Positions 11,301 through 20,684 of a stretch of 64,000 nt of DNA are shown here, piece after piece. Below the pieces are notes generated by a model. It was not told the DNA's origin. It saw nothing but the letters and a program-made list of their open reading frames with translations, and searched no databases. The stretch spans positions 384,001-448,000 of the forward strand of contig CAVZQN010000004.1 of assembly GCA_963777505.1 (NCBI GenBank), given 5' to 3'. A program made the translations under genes and the position numbers. Origin of the DNA: an uncultured bacterium (GTDB lineage: Bacteria > Acidobacteriota > HRBIN11 > JAKEFK01). Position 1 is the first letter of the stretch. Each line of letters begins with the position of its first letter.

Positions 11301-11309
11301 CCGCGTTGA
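10265..11309 (+). CDS. glsA: Secreted glutaminase A, frameshift near 10343 at the end of the signal peptide
   Basis: ATG 10265 MSSSILKFATRTWLLLLVVAMFSVTS joins QAQTPDQ... if one base is removed; all glutaminase motifs intact. Confidence 0.88.
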
Positions 11310-11320
11310 ATTCATGCAGT

Positions 11321-11353
11321 AAGAGCGTGGGCAACAATGCCTGCGCTCTTTTT
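11321..11353 (+). terminator. Rho-independent terminator
   Basis: aagagcgtgggca-acaa-tgcctgcgctctt followed by a T-run. Confidence 0.7.
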
Positions 11354-11412
11354 CGGCATCAGTAATTTTGTCGGCTGGGATTAAACAGTTGAACAGAGAT
11401 AGGAGATTGTTT

Positions 11413-12915
11413 ATGAGGGTTCTCTCTGGATTCGGTTCGATATTTTTGCGTTATCTAGTCTGCATCGTTTTCTTTCTCGTTTTACCGCAATTTCTTTCGG
11501 CCCAGGCAGTCTTAATAACTTGTTCGTCCAAGGTAGGCGAGCGCCAATCGTGCCCTGCTGATACTTCGAGGGGTGTTGTTCTTGCTAAATCCTCAGGTGA
11601 GTCTGCCTGCCTGTTAGGGAAGACATGGGGCTACGATGATAAGGGCGTCTGGGTTTCGGACGGTTGTGTCGGTGAATTCATCGTTAAAGGAGGGTCGACA
11701 GAGCAACCGGAGAAGAAAGGGAAACCCGAATACATTCCCAACGCCGGGTTCCTTTTATATGAAGGCGAAAAGGGCGAAATATATATGAGGCTCTTTAGCT
11801 ATGTGCGTTACCTGAATCAGAAAGGTCTGGATCCGAACTATACTGACTTCTTCGGGAATACGTTCGAAGTAAAGCAACGCGAGGATGTTCAGTTAACCAA
11901 GTTCTTTCTGCCGTTTACCGGTTGGTTCTTGACTCCAAAGTTCCGCTACTACCTATATGTATGGTCAGCTAACACATCTCAAGGCGATGCAGCACAGGTG
12001 GTGGGCGCTGGCAACTTGAGTTACAGCTTCAACAGGCATGTGATTTTTGGTGGTGGAATTACCAGTCTTCCTTCTGTGCGAAGCACCGAGGGTCAATTCC
12101 CTTACTGGCACAGCGTAGACAATCGTCTTATTTCGGACGAGTTCTTCCGGGGCTCGTACACAAGCGGCTTTTGGCTCAAAGGAGAGATCTCCGCCGAATT
12201 GAAATATCAGGCGATGATCGGCAATAACCTGAGCACGCTCGGTGTGAGCGCAGCGCAACTGGACAACAAGCTCAATACATCCTCATTCATGCTCCAATGG
12301 TTGCCGACTACAGGTGAGTTCGGCCTTTACGGGACGTATGGCGATTACGACTTTCACGAAAACTTAGCTACACGGCTTGCAGGCCACTACACCCATAGTA
12401 CAGAGGATAGGCAGAGCCAGCCAGGTGCCAACAGCATTGAGAATAGCCAGATCCGGCTAACAGATGGAAGCGTTATCTTCACTCCCAATCTTTTCGGCGA
12501 TGGCATTACGGTTGAACAAGTTGACTACGACATGTCGAGCATTGATGCAGGACTGAAGTGGAAAGGTTTTGCGCTTGAAGGAGAGTACTACTGGCGCTGG
12601 TTAAGTGATTTCCAGGGAAGCAACATGGGAGGAATTGCCGACATCAACGATCACGGTTATCAGCTGCAATTTTCAGCAATGGTTATCCCTAAAGTCCTTC
12701 AGCCCTATATTGGCAGTTCTGGAATCTATGGCGACTTTGGTGATGCATCCGAGTTTCGAGCAGGCGTTAACTGGTATTTCATTGAGCAACGCGGACTCAG
12801 AGTGAATGCGGAATGGATTCATCTAAATAATTCTCCGGTTGGATACATAGCAGTTCCTTATCCAGTGGGTGGAAATGGAGACGTTTTCACCGCCGTTTTG
12901 GAGATGAATTTCTAA
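11413..12915 (+). CDS. Outer-membrane porin-like protein with N-terminal Cys-rich DUF3011-like domain
   Basis: RBS aggag; signal peptide; ITCSS..RQSC..C..GKTWGYD..GVWVSDGC.GEF domain; beta-rich body ending in Phe (LEMNF). Confidence 0.65.
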   Translation: MRVLSGFGSIFLRYLVCIVFFLVLPQFLSAQAVLITCSSKVGERQSCPADTSRGVVLAKSSGESACLLGKTWGYDDKGVWVSDGCVGEFIVKGGSTEQPEKKGKPEYIPNAGFLLYEGEKGEIYMRLFSYVRYLNQKGLDPNYTDFFGNTFEVKQREDVQLTKFFLPFTGWFLTPKFRYYLYVWSANTSQGDAAQVVGAGNLSYSFNRHVIFGGGITSLPSVRSTEGQFPYWHSVDNRLISDEFFRGSYTSGFWLKGEISAELKYQAMIGNNLSTLGVSAAQLDNKLNTSSFMLQWLPTTGEFGLYGTYGDYDFHENLATRLAGHYTHSTEDRQSQPGANSIENSQIRLTDGSVIFTPNLFGDGITVEQVDYDMSSIDAGLKWKGFALEGEYYWRWLSDFQGSNMGGIADINDHGYQLQFSAMVIPKVLQPYIGSSGIYGDFGDASEFRAGVNWYFIEQRGLRVNAEWIHLNNSPVGYIAVPYPVGGNGDVFTAVLEMNF

Positions 12916-12924
12916 GAAGGAAAT

Positions 12925-14259
12925 ATGTTTTGGGTCGAATTGATTCTATTCCTCGCATGCATCGTAGTTGGTGCGCGCATCGGAGGAATTGGACTTGGAA
13001 CAATTGCTGGTTTTGGTTTGATGGTGTTTGTGTTTGTGTTTCAGCTTCCGCCAGGTTCGCCTCCAGGTACAGTGCTTGGGATGATCATTGCAGTCATCAC
13101 TGCTCTTTCCGTAATGCAAGCAGCTGGTGGTCTTGATTATTTAGTACAAACGGCGGAAGGAATTTTGAAAAGTCGCCCGCGCCAGATTACAGTACTCGGT
13201 CCACTTGTTACATACATCCTGGTTTTTGCAGCGGGCACTCAGCATGTGGTTTATGCGCTGCTGCCGGTGATTGCCGAAGTATCGCGTCGCGCAGGAATTC
13301 GGCCGGAGCGTCCGATGTCCATCAGTGTGATCGCTTCACTTCAAGGTGTGATCGCATCGCCAGTATCAGCAGTAACAGTCGCTCTGGTAGGAGTGCTGGC
13401 GGTAAAGAATGTAGGTCTCCCGCAGATTCTGATGGTGATTATTCCATCCACATTACTGGGTGTAATGGCAGGAATCCTTTCTGTTTGGTGGACAGGAAAA
13501 GAGCTTGATAAGGATCCGGAATACTTGAAACGGCTTGCGGAAGGAAAAGTAAAGTCTGTTGAGCAAGCGCCTCCATTGGAAGGTCAGGCTCGCACGCGAG
13601 CGATTGGCTCCTGCATCGTATTTGTTCTCGCAATTCTTTCGGTTGTGGCCATTGGGTTATTTCCTGATTTACGGCCAACTTATCAGAAGGTTGTTGAAGA
13701 CGTCACAGAGACGGGCCAGGTTGAGATGGGCAGGGCAATCATGATTTTGATGCTTTGCGCAGCAGGTCTCATCATGGTTTTTTTTAAGGCGAGTCCAGAA
13801 GCCGCAGTGAAAGGAAGCATGATGAAAGGTGGTCTGGTCGCGCTCATTTCAATCCTTGGAGTTTCATGGTTGGGATCATCGTTTTTTGAAGCCAATCAAA
13901 ACATAATTGTGAATGCTATTTCTTCTACGATTCAATCACATCCATGGATTTTTTCTGTAGGCTTGTTCACTTTATCTATACTTTTATTCAGTCCAGCGGC
14001 CACCATTGCAATCCTTGCACCGGTTGGGATCGCTCTTGGTCTTGGTGCGCAGGAAATGATCGGTGCATATCCGTCAGTGAACGGACTTTTCTTTTTACCT
14101 ACATACGGCACAATTCTGGCTGCTGTTTCATTCGATCAATCGGGGACAACACGCATCGGAAAGTATTTGCTGAACCACAGTTTCATGATCCCGGGTATGG
14201 TGACAACTATTGTTGCAACTATCACGGCGTTGCTTTTGAGTTCAATCGTTTTCAAGTAA
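12925..14259 (+). CDS. Anaerobic C4-dicarboxylate transporter (DcuA/DcuB family)
   Basis: GARIGGIGLG, MQAAGGLDYLV, RPERPMS, FFLPTYG and FDQSGTTRIGKYLLNHSFMIPG motifs. Confidence 0.92.
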   Translation: MFWVELILFLACIVVGARIGGIGLGTIAGFGLMVFVFVFQLPPGSPPGTVLGMIIAVITALSVMQAAGGLDYLVQTAEGILKSRPRQITVLGPLVTYILVFAAGTQHVVYALLPVIAEVSRRAGIRPERPMSISVIASLQGVIASPVSAVTVALVGVLAVKNVGLPQILMVIIPSTLLGVMAGILSVWWTGKELDKDPEYLKRLAEGKVKSVEQAPPLEGQARTRAIGSCIVFVLAILSVVAIGLFPDLRPTYQKVVEDVTETGQVEMGRAIMILMLCAAGLIMVFFKASPEAAVKGSMMKGGLVALISILGVSWLGSSFFEANQNIIVNAISSTIQSHPWIFSVGLFTLSILLFSPAATIAILAPVGIALGLGAQEMIGAYPSVNGLFFLPTYGTILAAVSFDQSGTTRIGKYLLNHSFMIPGMVTTIVATITALLLSSIVFK

Positions 14260-14419
14260 ATAGGAAGTCAATATGAAAAATTACTATAATATTAATACTA
14301 ATATGATCAGTCCCAATTGCTGTTCTGCCCAGGACAAGTCTCGGGTGTAGAAAGATCTACTTGGGTAAAAACAGATTCCTGCCGAAGCATATTACGGCGT
14401 GCAAACAGCGCGCGCTTTT

Positions 14420-14532
14420 CATTGGCAATAGCTGCAAATGTTGCAAAATCCTATGAATTAGGACTGGCCAGGAGTAAGCGCCCAAAGGATTTAAAAATAC
14501 ATTCAGGATCATATTTACGATCCAATAATTAG
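14420..14532 (+). pseudogene. Degenerate remnant of a malic enzyme 3' end
   Basis: Encodes KSYELGLARSKRPKDLK then, frameshifted, IQDHIYDP; malic enzyme C-terminus is KAYELGLARIERPKDLKKSIQDYMYDPRY. Confidence 0.7.
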
Positions 14533-14567
14533 GAAAAATGCAGGAATTATTAAGAGGTGTTTCGATT

Positions 14568-15245
14568 ATGAAAAATTTACGAATATTGTTTTGGATACTG
14601 TCAGGGTTGTTTCTTGCTTCATCATCGGCATGGAGTCAGGATGCTCCGAAAGTCGAATTTAGCTTTACCCTTGGATGGACTTTTAGTGATGGTGTAAGCG
14701 GAGAGACTGTGGTTCTTGGTCCTGATGGAAACCTTTACGATCGAATTGATCCCAAGGATTCTTCCTCATGGGGATTTACCGGAGAATATTTTGTTACCGA
14801 CAATATCGGAGTTGGATTTCTCTTTAACCGTCAGAAAAGCAAACTCGAAGTAGGAGGAACTGCAACACGCGAAATCGGTGATTTAAATCTGGATAATTAT
14901 CATGGAACATTTTCTTATAACTTCGGCTCGTCTGATACGCGGGCTCGCCCATTTCTACAAATGGGTATTGGTGCCACACACTACGGAGAAGTGGGCTTCG
15001 AATTGAACGGGAATCAGGGCAATATCGACGGTTTGACAAAAGCGTCGGTCACAGTAGGTGGAGGGTTGAAGTTTTTCGCAACAAAAAACATTGGATTCAG
15101 GTTACAGGCCCGTCTGACACCAACGTACATTAGCACGGATGAAGATGGTTGGTGGTGTGACCCTTTCTGGGGTTGTTATACCGTTGGGAATGTACAGTAT
15201 TCAAACCAGATAGAAATGGGAGGTGGAATCAACATCCGATTCTGA
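14568..15245 (+). CDS. Small outer-membrane beta-barrel protein
   Basis: RBS gaggtg, signal peptide AWS-QD, alternating beta strands, C-terminal GGGINIRF. Confidence 0.75.
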   Translation: MKNLRILFWILSGLFLASSSAWSQDAPKVEFSFTLGWTFSDGVSGETVVLGPDGNLYDRIDPKDSSSWGFTGEYFVTDNIGVGFLFNRQKSKLEVGGTATREIGDLNLDNYHGTFSYNFGSSDTRARPFLQMGIGATHYGEVGFELNGNQGNIDGLTKASVTVGGGLKFFATKNIGFRLQARLTPTYISTDEDGWWCDPFWGCYTVGNVQYSNQIEMGGGINIRF

Positions 15246-15354
15246 ACGCTCCTGGAACACATGATGAAAAGCAGGGAAGTGGAAATCTGGTTGTGCAAGG
15301 ATCCTGTTATCAACATTCAACGCAGATACGGGATTCAACTATGGAGATTTTTAC

Positions 15355-15621
15355 ATGACAAAGACAAAAGCCAGTTTGATCATTCGTTATAACGATGGAA
15401 ATCAAGAAACTTTTGCATTTGGGCGAGACGAAGAAGATTCGTCCGTTGCAATGAGGGTTGAAGAAGCATTGAAATCAAATCTTTTATTCCTGGAATTAAA
15501 TGACCGTGTGATGATTGTTCCTTTCAGCAATATAAAAAGCATTGAAGTCGTTCCGAAGCCTAAGAGATTTCCACGAACCGCAATCCGTAATCTAGAATTG
15601 ATTCAGTCGGTGGAGGGTTGA
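15355..15621 (+). CDS. Hypothetical protein (88 aa)
   Basis: RBS ggag, plausible globular composition. Confidence 0.6.
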   Translation: MTKTKASLIIRYNDGNQETFAFGRDEEDSSVAMRVEEALKSNLLFLELNDRVMIVPFSNIKSIEVVPKPKRFPRTAIRNLELIQSVEG

Positions 15622-15689
15622 AATTTTTCGCAACAAGTAACTGTTCGATGTTTTTTAGTTGAAATTCAATTTGGAGAGCGTGCCAGTTT

Positions 15690-16736
15690 ATGTATAAAAC
15701 TGAAACTTTACTTTCCAGGAAATTGCGAGTGCGATATCCGGTGACGGATGGAAGCAGAATTGTTTTACGGACGGAAATGGATTGGGACAAGGATCTAGAG
15801 CCTGAATCCATTCGGGACAAAGGACAGACCTTCGTCTTTAATCTTGAATGCAAAAAACCGTTCTTGTATTTCAAAGTCGGATTGCGAACAGGAGATCAGT
15901 TTCAATGGTCTGTCGGACCCAATTTGCTGGTTCTCATGACGCCTCAAAGCACGAATGATGTATATCCCTTTTTCAATTCACCAGAATCTGGCTCATTTAC
16001 TGAAGTACTAGAATTTGATTCAAATATTCTAGATCGCAAACATCTTTTACGCGTCTATTTGCCGCCGGGATATCATGAGAATACTCTCCAGTCTTATCCA
16101 ATCCTTTATATGCAAGATGGGAAGAATTTGTTTTTCCCGGAAGAAGCTTTTCTTGGAAGCGAATGGGGTGTGGATGACTCGCTATCGCTGTTAAATTCAA
16201 TGACGGCTATCGATCGTGTGATCGTAGTAGGCATCTGGTCGCATGATCGTTTTCTTGACTACACCAAACCGGGATATGAAAAATACGGGCAAGCCGTTGT
16301 GGAAGAAATCATTCCGGTGGCTAAGAGCCGGCTTCGCTTGCTTGAAGGCCCAAGAGAAACCGCTGTGATGGGCTCTTCTCTTGGGGGAGTCGTATCCTTT
16401 TATATGGCGTGGCAATGGCCGGAAGTTTTTGGTGTAGGGTTTTGCTTATCAAGTACATTTTCATATCAGGATGATCTGATTGATCGAGTCCTTTCTGAAC
16501 CGCTGCCGAAATCGAAATTCTATATTGATAGCGGATGGCCTGGAGATAACTATGAGGTGACGCTCGCAATGGCGATGGCCCTTAATGAGCGCGGCTTCCT
16601 CCCAGGCAGAGATTTCTTGCACGTGGTGTTCCCGTTGGCATTACATGATGAGAAATCGTGGGGAGACCGGCTTCACCTTCCGTTGCAACTTTTCCTGGGA
16701 AAAACATCGACAGCAACCCGTAGACGCAAGTCCTGA
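15690..16736 (+). CDS. Alpha/beta-hydrolase esterase (enterochelin esterase/Fes-like)
   Basis: VYLPPGY, YPILYMQDG, nucleophile elbow GSSLGG, HDEKSW. Confidence 0.85.
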   Translation: MYKTETLLSRKLRVRYPVTDGSRIVLRTEMDWDKDLEPESIRDKGQTFVFNLECKKPFLYFKVGLRTGDQFQWSVGPNLLVLMTPQSTNDVYPFFNSPESGSFTEVLEFDSNILDRKHLLRVYLPPGYHENTLQSYPILYMQDGKNLFFPEEAFLGSEWGVDDSLSLLNSMTAIDRVIVVGIWSHDRFLDYTKPGYEKYGQAVVEEIIPVAKSRLRLLEGPRETAVMGSSLGGVVSFYMAWQWPEVFGVGFCLSSTFSYQDDLIDRVLSEPLPKSKFYIDSGWPGDNYEVTLAMAMALNERGFLPGRDFLHVVFPLALHDEKSWGDRLHLPLQLFLGKTSTATRRRKS

Positions 16737-16784
16737 ATTCTTGCAATACAGAAACCGCTTCGCGTTCAATGCATTAAATCTAAG

Positions 16785-18392
16785 ATGACAAAAAAAGGTT
16801 TTGAAATTCTGCGTGATAAAGAATTGTACAAGTCCATTTCTTTTTCGCGCAAAGAAAGGGATGAGCTTGGCCTGACCGGGCTATTACCTTACGCCGTTGT
16901 TAGTCAGCAACAGTTAGTGGAACGCGTAATGGAATCACTAAGACGCCAACCAGAAGATATCGACAAATATATGTCGCTGTCCTCCCTTCAAGAACGGAAT
17001 GAGCGCCTTTTTTACCGCGTAGTCATGGATTACATTGAAGAAATCTTACCGTTAATCTACACGCCTACAGTAGGGCAGGCTTGCAAGAAATTTTCTCATA
17101 TTTCCAGAGAGCCGAAAGGCTTCTTTATTACGCCTGATGATAAAAACAAGATTAGAAAAATTCTTGATAACTGGGGGTCAAGCGACATAAGAGTGATTGT
17201 TGTAACGGACGGCCAGCGCATTTTAGGTTTGGGTGACCTGGGTGCGAATGGAATGGGAATACCGATCGGAAAGCTGGCATTGTACAGTGCATGCGGCGGC
17301 ATTCCGCCGCGCCATTGTTTGCCAGTCATGTTGGATGTAGGAACCAATAACCAGGAGCTTTTGGATGATTTTCTCTACCTTGGTTATCCGCACAAACGGA
17401 TTGAAGGAAAAGAGTACTTTGATCTGGTTGAAGAGTTTGTAACTGCCGTACAAGAAAAATATCCAAACGCCTTAATTCAGTTTGAAGATTTCTTAACTCC
17501 TAACGCATATGCGCTTTTGAATAAATACAGGAACCGGGTACTTTGTTTTAACGACGACATTCAAGGCACTGCCGCAGTAGCTGTGGCAGGCGTCTATGCT
17601 TCCACAAGAATTACGAAACTGAAGTTTTCCGATTTACGAATCATGTTTTTGGGAGCTGGTTCTGCCGCAACAGGTATAGCAGATTTAATGGTTAGCGCTT
17701 TTCAGCAAGAAGGACTTACTAAGGAAGAATCGGTTAACCATTTATGGTTTGTGGATGTAAACGGACTGGTTGTGTCAGGCAGAAACGATCTTATGGAACA
17801 TAACATTCCCTATGCCCACAAGTATGAGCAACTAAATTTTGTTGATGCTATTGATGCCATCAAGCCGCAGGTTTTGATTGGCGCTACCGGTGCGCCTGGT
17901 ACATTCACAAAAGAAGTAATCGAACATATGAGCGCAATCAATGATCGAGCAGTTATTTTTGCACTTTCGAATCCAACTTCAAAAGCGGAGTGTACGGCCG
18001 AGCAAGCCTATACCTGGAGTAAAGGCAAAGCTGTTTTTTCTAGTGGAAGTCCTTTTGGCAAAATCACGTATCAGGGTAAAGATTTTCGTCCAGGTCAGGG
18101 GAATAATGCTTACGTTTTTCCGGGAATAGGTCTGGGTGCTGTAACTTGCCATGCGCGAATCATCCCTGATGAATTTTTCTTGACTGCTGCCCGTACTCTA
18201 GCTCAATTGGTTGAAGAAAAAGATATACAACAAGGCTCACTTTATCCGCCTTTGACAGACCTCAGAAAAATATCACTCGAAATTGCAGTGAGCGTTTCGG
18301 AAAAAGCTTACGAATTAGGATTAGCAAGAATTGAACGGCCAAAAGATTTGAAGAAAAGCATTCAGGATTATATGTATGACCCGCGTTATTGA
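16785..18392 (+). CDS. maeA: NAD-dependent malic enzyme
   Basis: IYTPTVG, VTDGQRILGLGDLG, QFEDF, FNDDIQGT, GAGSA, LSNPT and QGNN motifs. Confidence 0.95.
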   Translation: MTKKGFEILRDKELYKSISFSRKERDELGLTGLLPYAVVSQQQLVERVMESLRRQPEDIDKYMSLSSLQERNERLFYRVVMDYIEEILPLIYTPTVGQACKKFSHISREPKGFFITPDDKNKIRKILDNWGSSDIRVIVVTDGQRILGLGDLGANGMGIPIGKLALYSACGGIPPRHCLPVMLDVGTNNQELLDDFLYLGYPHKRIEGKEYFDLVEEFVTAVQEKYPNALIQFEDFLTPNAYALLNKYRNRVLCFNDDIQGTAAVAVAGVYASTRITKLKFSDLRIMFLGAGSAATGIADLMVSAFQQEGLTKEESVNHLWFVDVNGLVVSGRNDLMEHNIPYAHKYEQLNFVDAIDAIKPQVLIGATGAPGTFTKEVIEHMSAINDRAVIFALSNPTSKAECTAEQAYTWSKGKAVFSSGSPFGKITYQGKDFRPGQGNNAYVFPGIGLGAVTCHARIIPDEFFLTAARTLAQLVEEKDIQQGSLYPPLTDLRKISLEIAVSVSEKAYELGLARIERPKDLKKSIQDYMYDPRY

Positions 18393-18395
18393 AAT
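18310..18395 (+). repeat. 86-bp direct repeat copy 1 (malic enzyme 3' end)
   Basis: Repeated at 19094-19179 with one mismatch. Confidence 0.92.
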
Positions 18396-18657
18396 CTCTA
18401 CCGGCAGATTAACCGCGAAGACGCAAAGTTAATTGAGAAATAATTCATTCTTGGCGACTTGGCGGTATGAGTTACTTTGTATTCAGATCTTGCAACGATT
18501 AAGATCATGAGCAGGATCACGATTACGATGAAAAAAATATTGACGAACAAAGACAACCGTCACTGCTTGAAAACGAATCAATTTTCGCGTTAGACCAAAG
18601 TCCAATAGTCCCTTCGTACGAATTAGTAGGATAATTTGTTCACGACGGAGGTGCAAA

Positions 18658-18975
18658 ATGGCAAATGCATTGAAAAAAGCAGCGGTGAAAAGAGCAGTGA
18701 AGAAAAGGGTTGTAAAGAAAGCCATTAAGCGAGCAGCTGTAAAAAAAGCGCTCAGGAGAAAAGCGTTAAAGCGAGCAGCTTTAAAGAAAGCTCTGAGGAG
18801 AAGAGCAATAAAGAAAGCAGCTTTAAAGAAAGCTCTAAGAAGAAGAGCCGTTCAGCGAGCAGCTTTAAAGAAAGCCCTCAAGAGAAGAGCTGTACAGAAC
18901 ATCATCAGGAAAGCTGCTCTAAAAAAAGGAATTAAGAGAAATGCTCTTCAGAAAGCAATTTTGAAAGGTGTGTAG
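18658..18975 (+). CDS. Highly basic K/R/A-rich histone H1-like protein
   Basis: RBS ggagg; 44 of 105 residues K/R, no D/E; about 14-aa repeat AALKKALRRRA; followed by a terminator. Confidence 0.75.
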   Translation: MANALKKAAVKRAVKKRVVKKAIKRAAVKKALRRKALKRAALKKALRRRAIKKAALKKALRRRAVQRAALKKALKRRAVQNIIRKAALKKGIKRNALQKAILKGV

Positions 18976-19002
18976 TATCTTTCAAACCCAACTCTGAAAT
19001 GT

Positions 19003-19032
19003 ATGCCTGTCAAACTGACGGGCATTTTTTTT
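19003..19032 (+). terminator. Rho-independent terminator
   Basis: atgcctgtca-aac-tgacgggcat followed by a T-run. Confidence 0.75.
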
Positions 19033-19093
19033 AAATTTACATGTGAATTTGATCGATAAACGGCTACCAATATGACTCTGTTCATTTTCTTTA

Positions 19094-19179
19094 ACGAATT
19101 AGGATTAGCAAGAAGTGAACGGCCAAAAGATTTGAAGAAAAGCATTCAGGATTATATGTATGACCCGCGTTATTGAAAT
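19094..19179 (+). repeat. 86-bp direct repeat copy 2 (malic enzyme 3' end)
   Basis: acgaattaggattagcaagaa...gacccgcgttattgaaat. Confidence 0.92.
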
Positions 19180-19204
19180 GTTCTTCATTGTATTAGGGGG
19201 AAAA

Positions 19205-20659
19205 ATGACACTGCGTACTTTGCATCTTTCATTTGCATTGGTTCTTTCGTTAATTCTCACAGTCCAAGAAACTGCTGGTGCTGATGAGGCGCAACCAAAA
19301 GAGACTGCGCGTCCTGCCATTAGTCAAAAATGGACAGGTGATCTCGATGGAATGGTAAATCGCCGGGTAATTCGCGTTCTTACACTCTATAACAAGACAA
19401 TGTATTTTCTGGACAAAGACACTCAGAAAGGAATTGTTTATGACGCGATGAAGGCATTTGAAGAAGATGTGAACAAGACACGCAAAACAGGCAACATGCG
19501 CGTTCATGTCGTATTCATTCCTGTAAGCTACGAGGAACTCTTGACCGCTTTAGCCGAAGGACGTGGGGATATCGCTTGCGCGAACATGACAGTCACCGAC
19601 GTCCAAAAGAAACTTATCGATTTCACCAATCCAATTCTGAAAGGCGTTAAAGAAATACTTATTTCTGGACCTACATCACCTGCAATTACATCGCTTCAGG
19701 ACCTTTCAGGCAAAGACATTTTCATCCACAAAACGAGCAGCTATTACGATAGCCTCATGAAACTAAATGAACAGTTCAAGCTAGAAGGTAAAACGGAAGT
19801 CACAATTAAACACGCGCCGGAAGAACTCACTGACGAAGACTTGCTCGAAATGCTCAATGCTGGATTGATTGAGTTCACGATACTTGATGATCATCTTGCA
19901 AACTTCTGGAAGCAAGTACTTCCAAAAATTACGCTTCATCCCGACATCGCACTTCGTAGCGGAGGAGAAATTGCATGGGCAATCCGGAAGGACAGTCCTC
20001 TGTTAATGAAAGAACTAAATCAGTTTATTCAGTCTCATGGCAAGGGAACAACGTTTGGAAACGTAACCTTCCAGAAATATTTGAAAACAACGAAATTTGT
20101 AAAGAATGCTGCTTCAGACACAGAACGCGAGAAATTTTTTGAGCTTGTAAAATTATTTGAGAAGTATTCTGGACAATATAATGTGGATACACTTCTCATG
20201 GTAGCCCAGGGTTATCAAGAATCGCAGTTGAACCAAAATGTGAAAAGTCCTGTCGGAGCGATCGGAGTCATGCAAATCATGCCAGCCACCGGAAAAGATC
20301 TGAAAGTTGGCGACATCAGCCAGGTTGAAGCAAATATCCATGGTGGCGTCAAATATATGAGATTCATGATTGATCGATATTACAAAGACGAACCGATGAC
20401 TGACCTGGACAAAGGTCTATTTACATTTGCCTCTTATAATGCCGGTCCGGCCAGAATCCGAACTCTCCGCAAAGAAGCCGAAAAAAGAGGATTAAATCCC
20501 AACGTTTGGTTTAATAATGTCGAACGTGTTGTTTCAGAAAAAGTTGGACGCGAAACAGTTACGTATGTAAGCAATATTTATAAGTATTACATTTCTTATA
20601 AACTCATAGTCGAAGAGCAGCAAGAAAGGGACAAAATCAAAAAAGGGTCAAAGAATTAA
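19205..20659 (+). CDS. MltF-like lytic transglycosylase (solute-binding domain + SLT domain)
   Basis: WTGDLDGM..RRVIRVL, GRGDIA, GYQES, GAIGVMQ, ASYNAG and ETVTYV motifs. Confidence 0.88.
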   Translation: MTLRTLHLSFALVLSLILTVQETAGADEAQPKETARPAISQKWTGDLDGMVNRRVIRVLTLYNKTMYFLDKDTQKGIVYDAMKAFEEDVNKTRKTGNMRVHVVFIPVSYEELLTALAEGRGDIACANMTVTDVQKKLIDFTNPILKGVKEILISGPTSPAITSLQDLSGKDIFIHKTSSYYDSLMKLNEQFKLEGKTEVTIKHAPEELTDEDLLEMLNAGLIEFTILDDHLANFWKQVLPKITLHPDIALRSGGEIAWAIRKDSPLLMKELNQFIQSHGKGTTFGNVTFQKYLKTTKFVKNAASDTEREKFFELVKLFEKYSGQYNVDTLLMVAQGYQESQLNQNVKSPVGAIGVMQIMPATGKDLKVGDISQVEANIHGGVKYMRFMIDRYYKDEPMTDLDKGLFTFASYNAGPARIRTLRKEAEKRGLNPNVWFNNVERVVSEKVGRETVTYVSNIYKYYISYKLIVEEQQERDKIKKGSKN

Positions 20660-20684
20660 CGTCCTCAACTTTGTGTTTTTGCGG

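Noticed and set aside
18470-18560. Hydrophobic minus-strand reading (LFVNIFFIVIVILLMILIVA) as a toxin-like peptide
   Set aside because: No convincing start codon or RBS; cannot be supported
18720-18885. 42-bp tandem repeats as a possible CRISPR array
   Set aside because: In-frame degenerate coding repeats with no unique spacers and no cas genes
19160-19204. ORF-track start of the MltF-like gene at 19160
   Set aside because: That ATG lies within the duplicated malic-enzyme repeat; ATG 19205 has an RBS and begins the signal peptide
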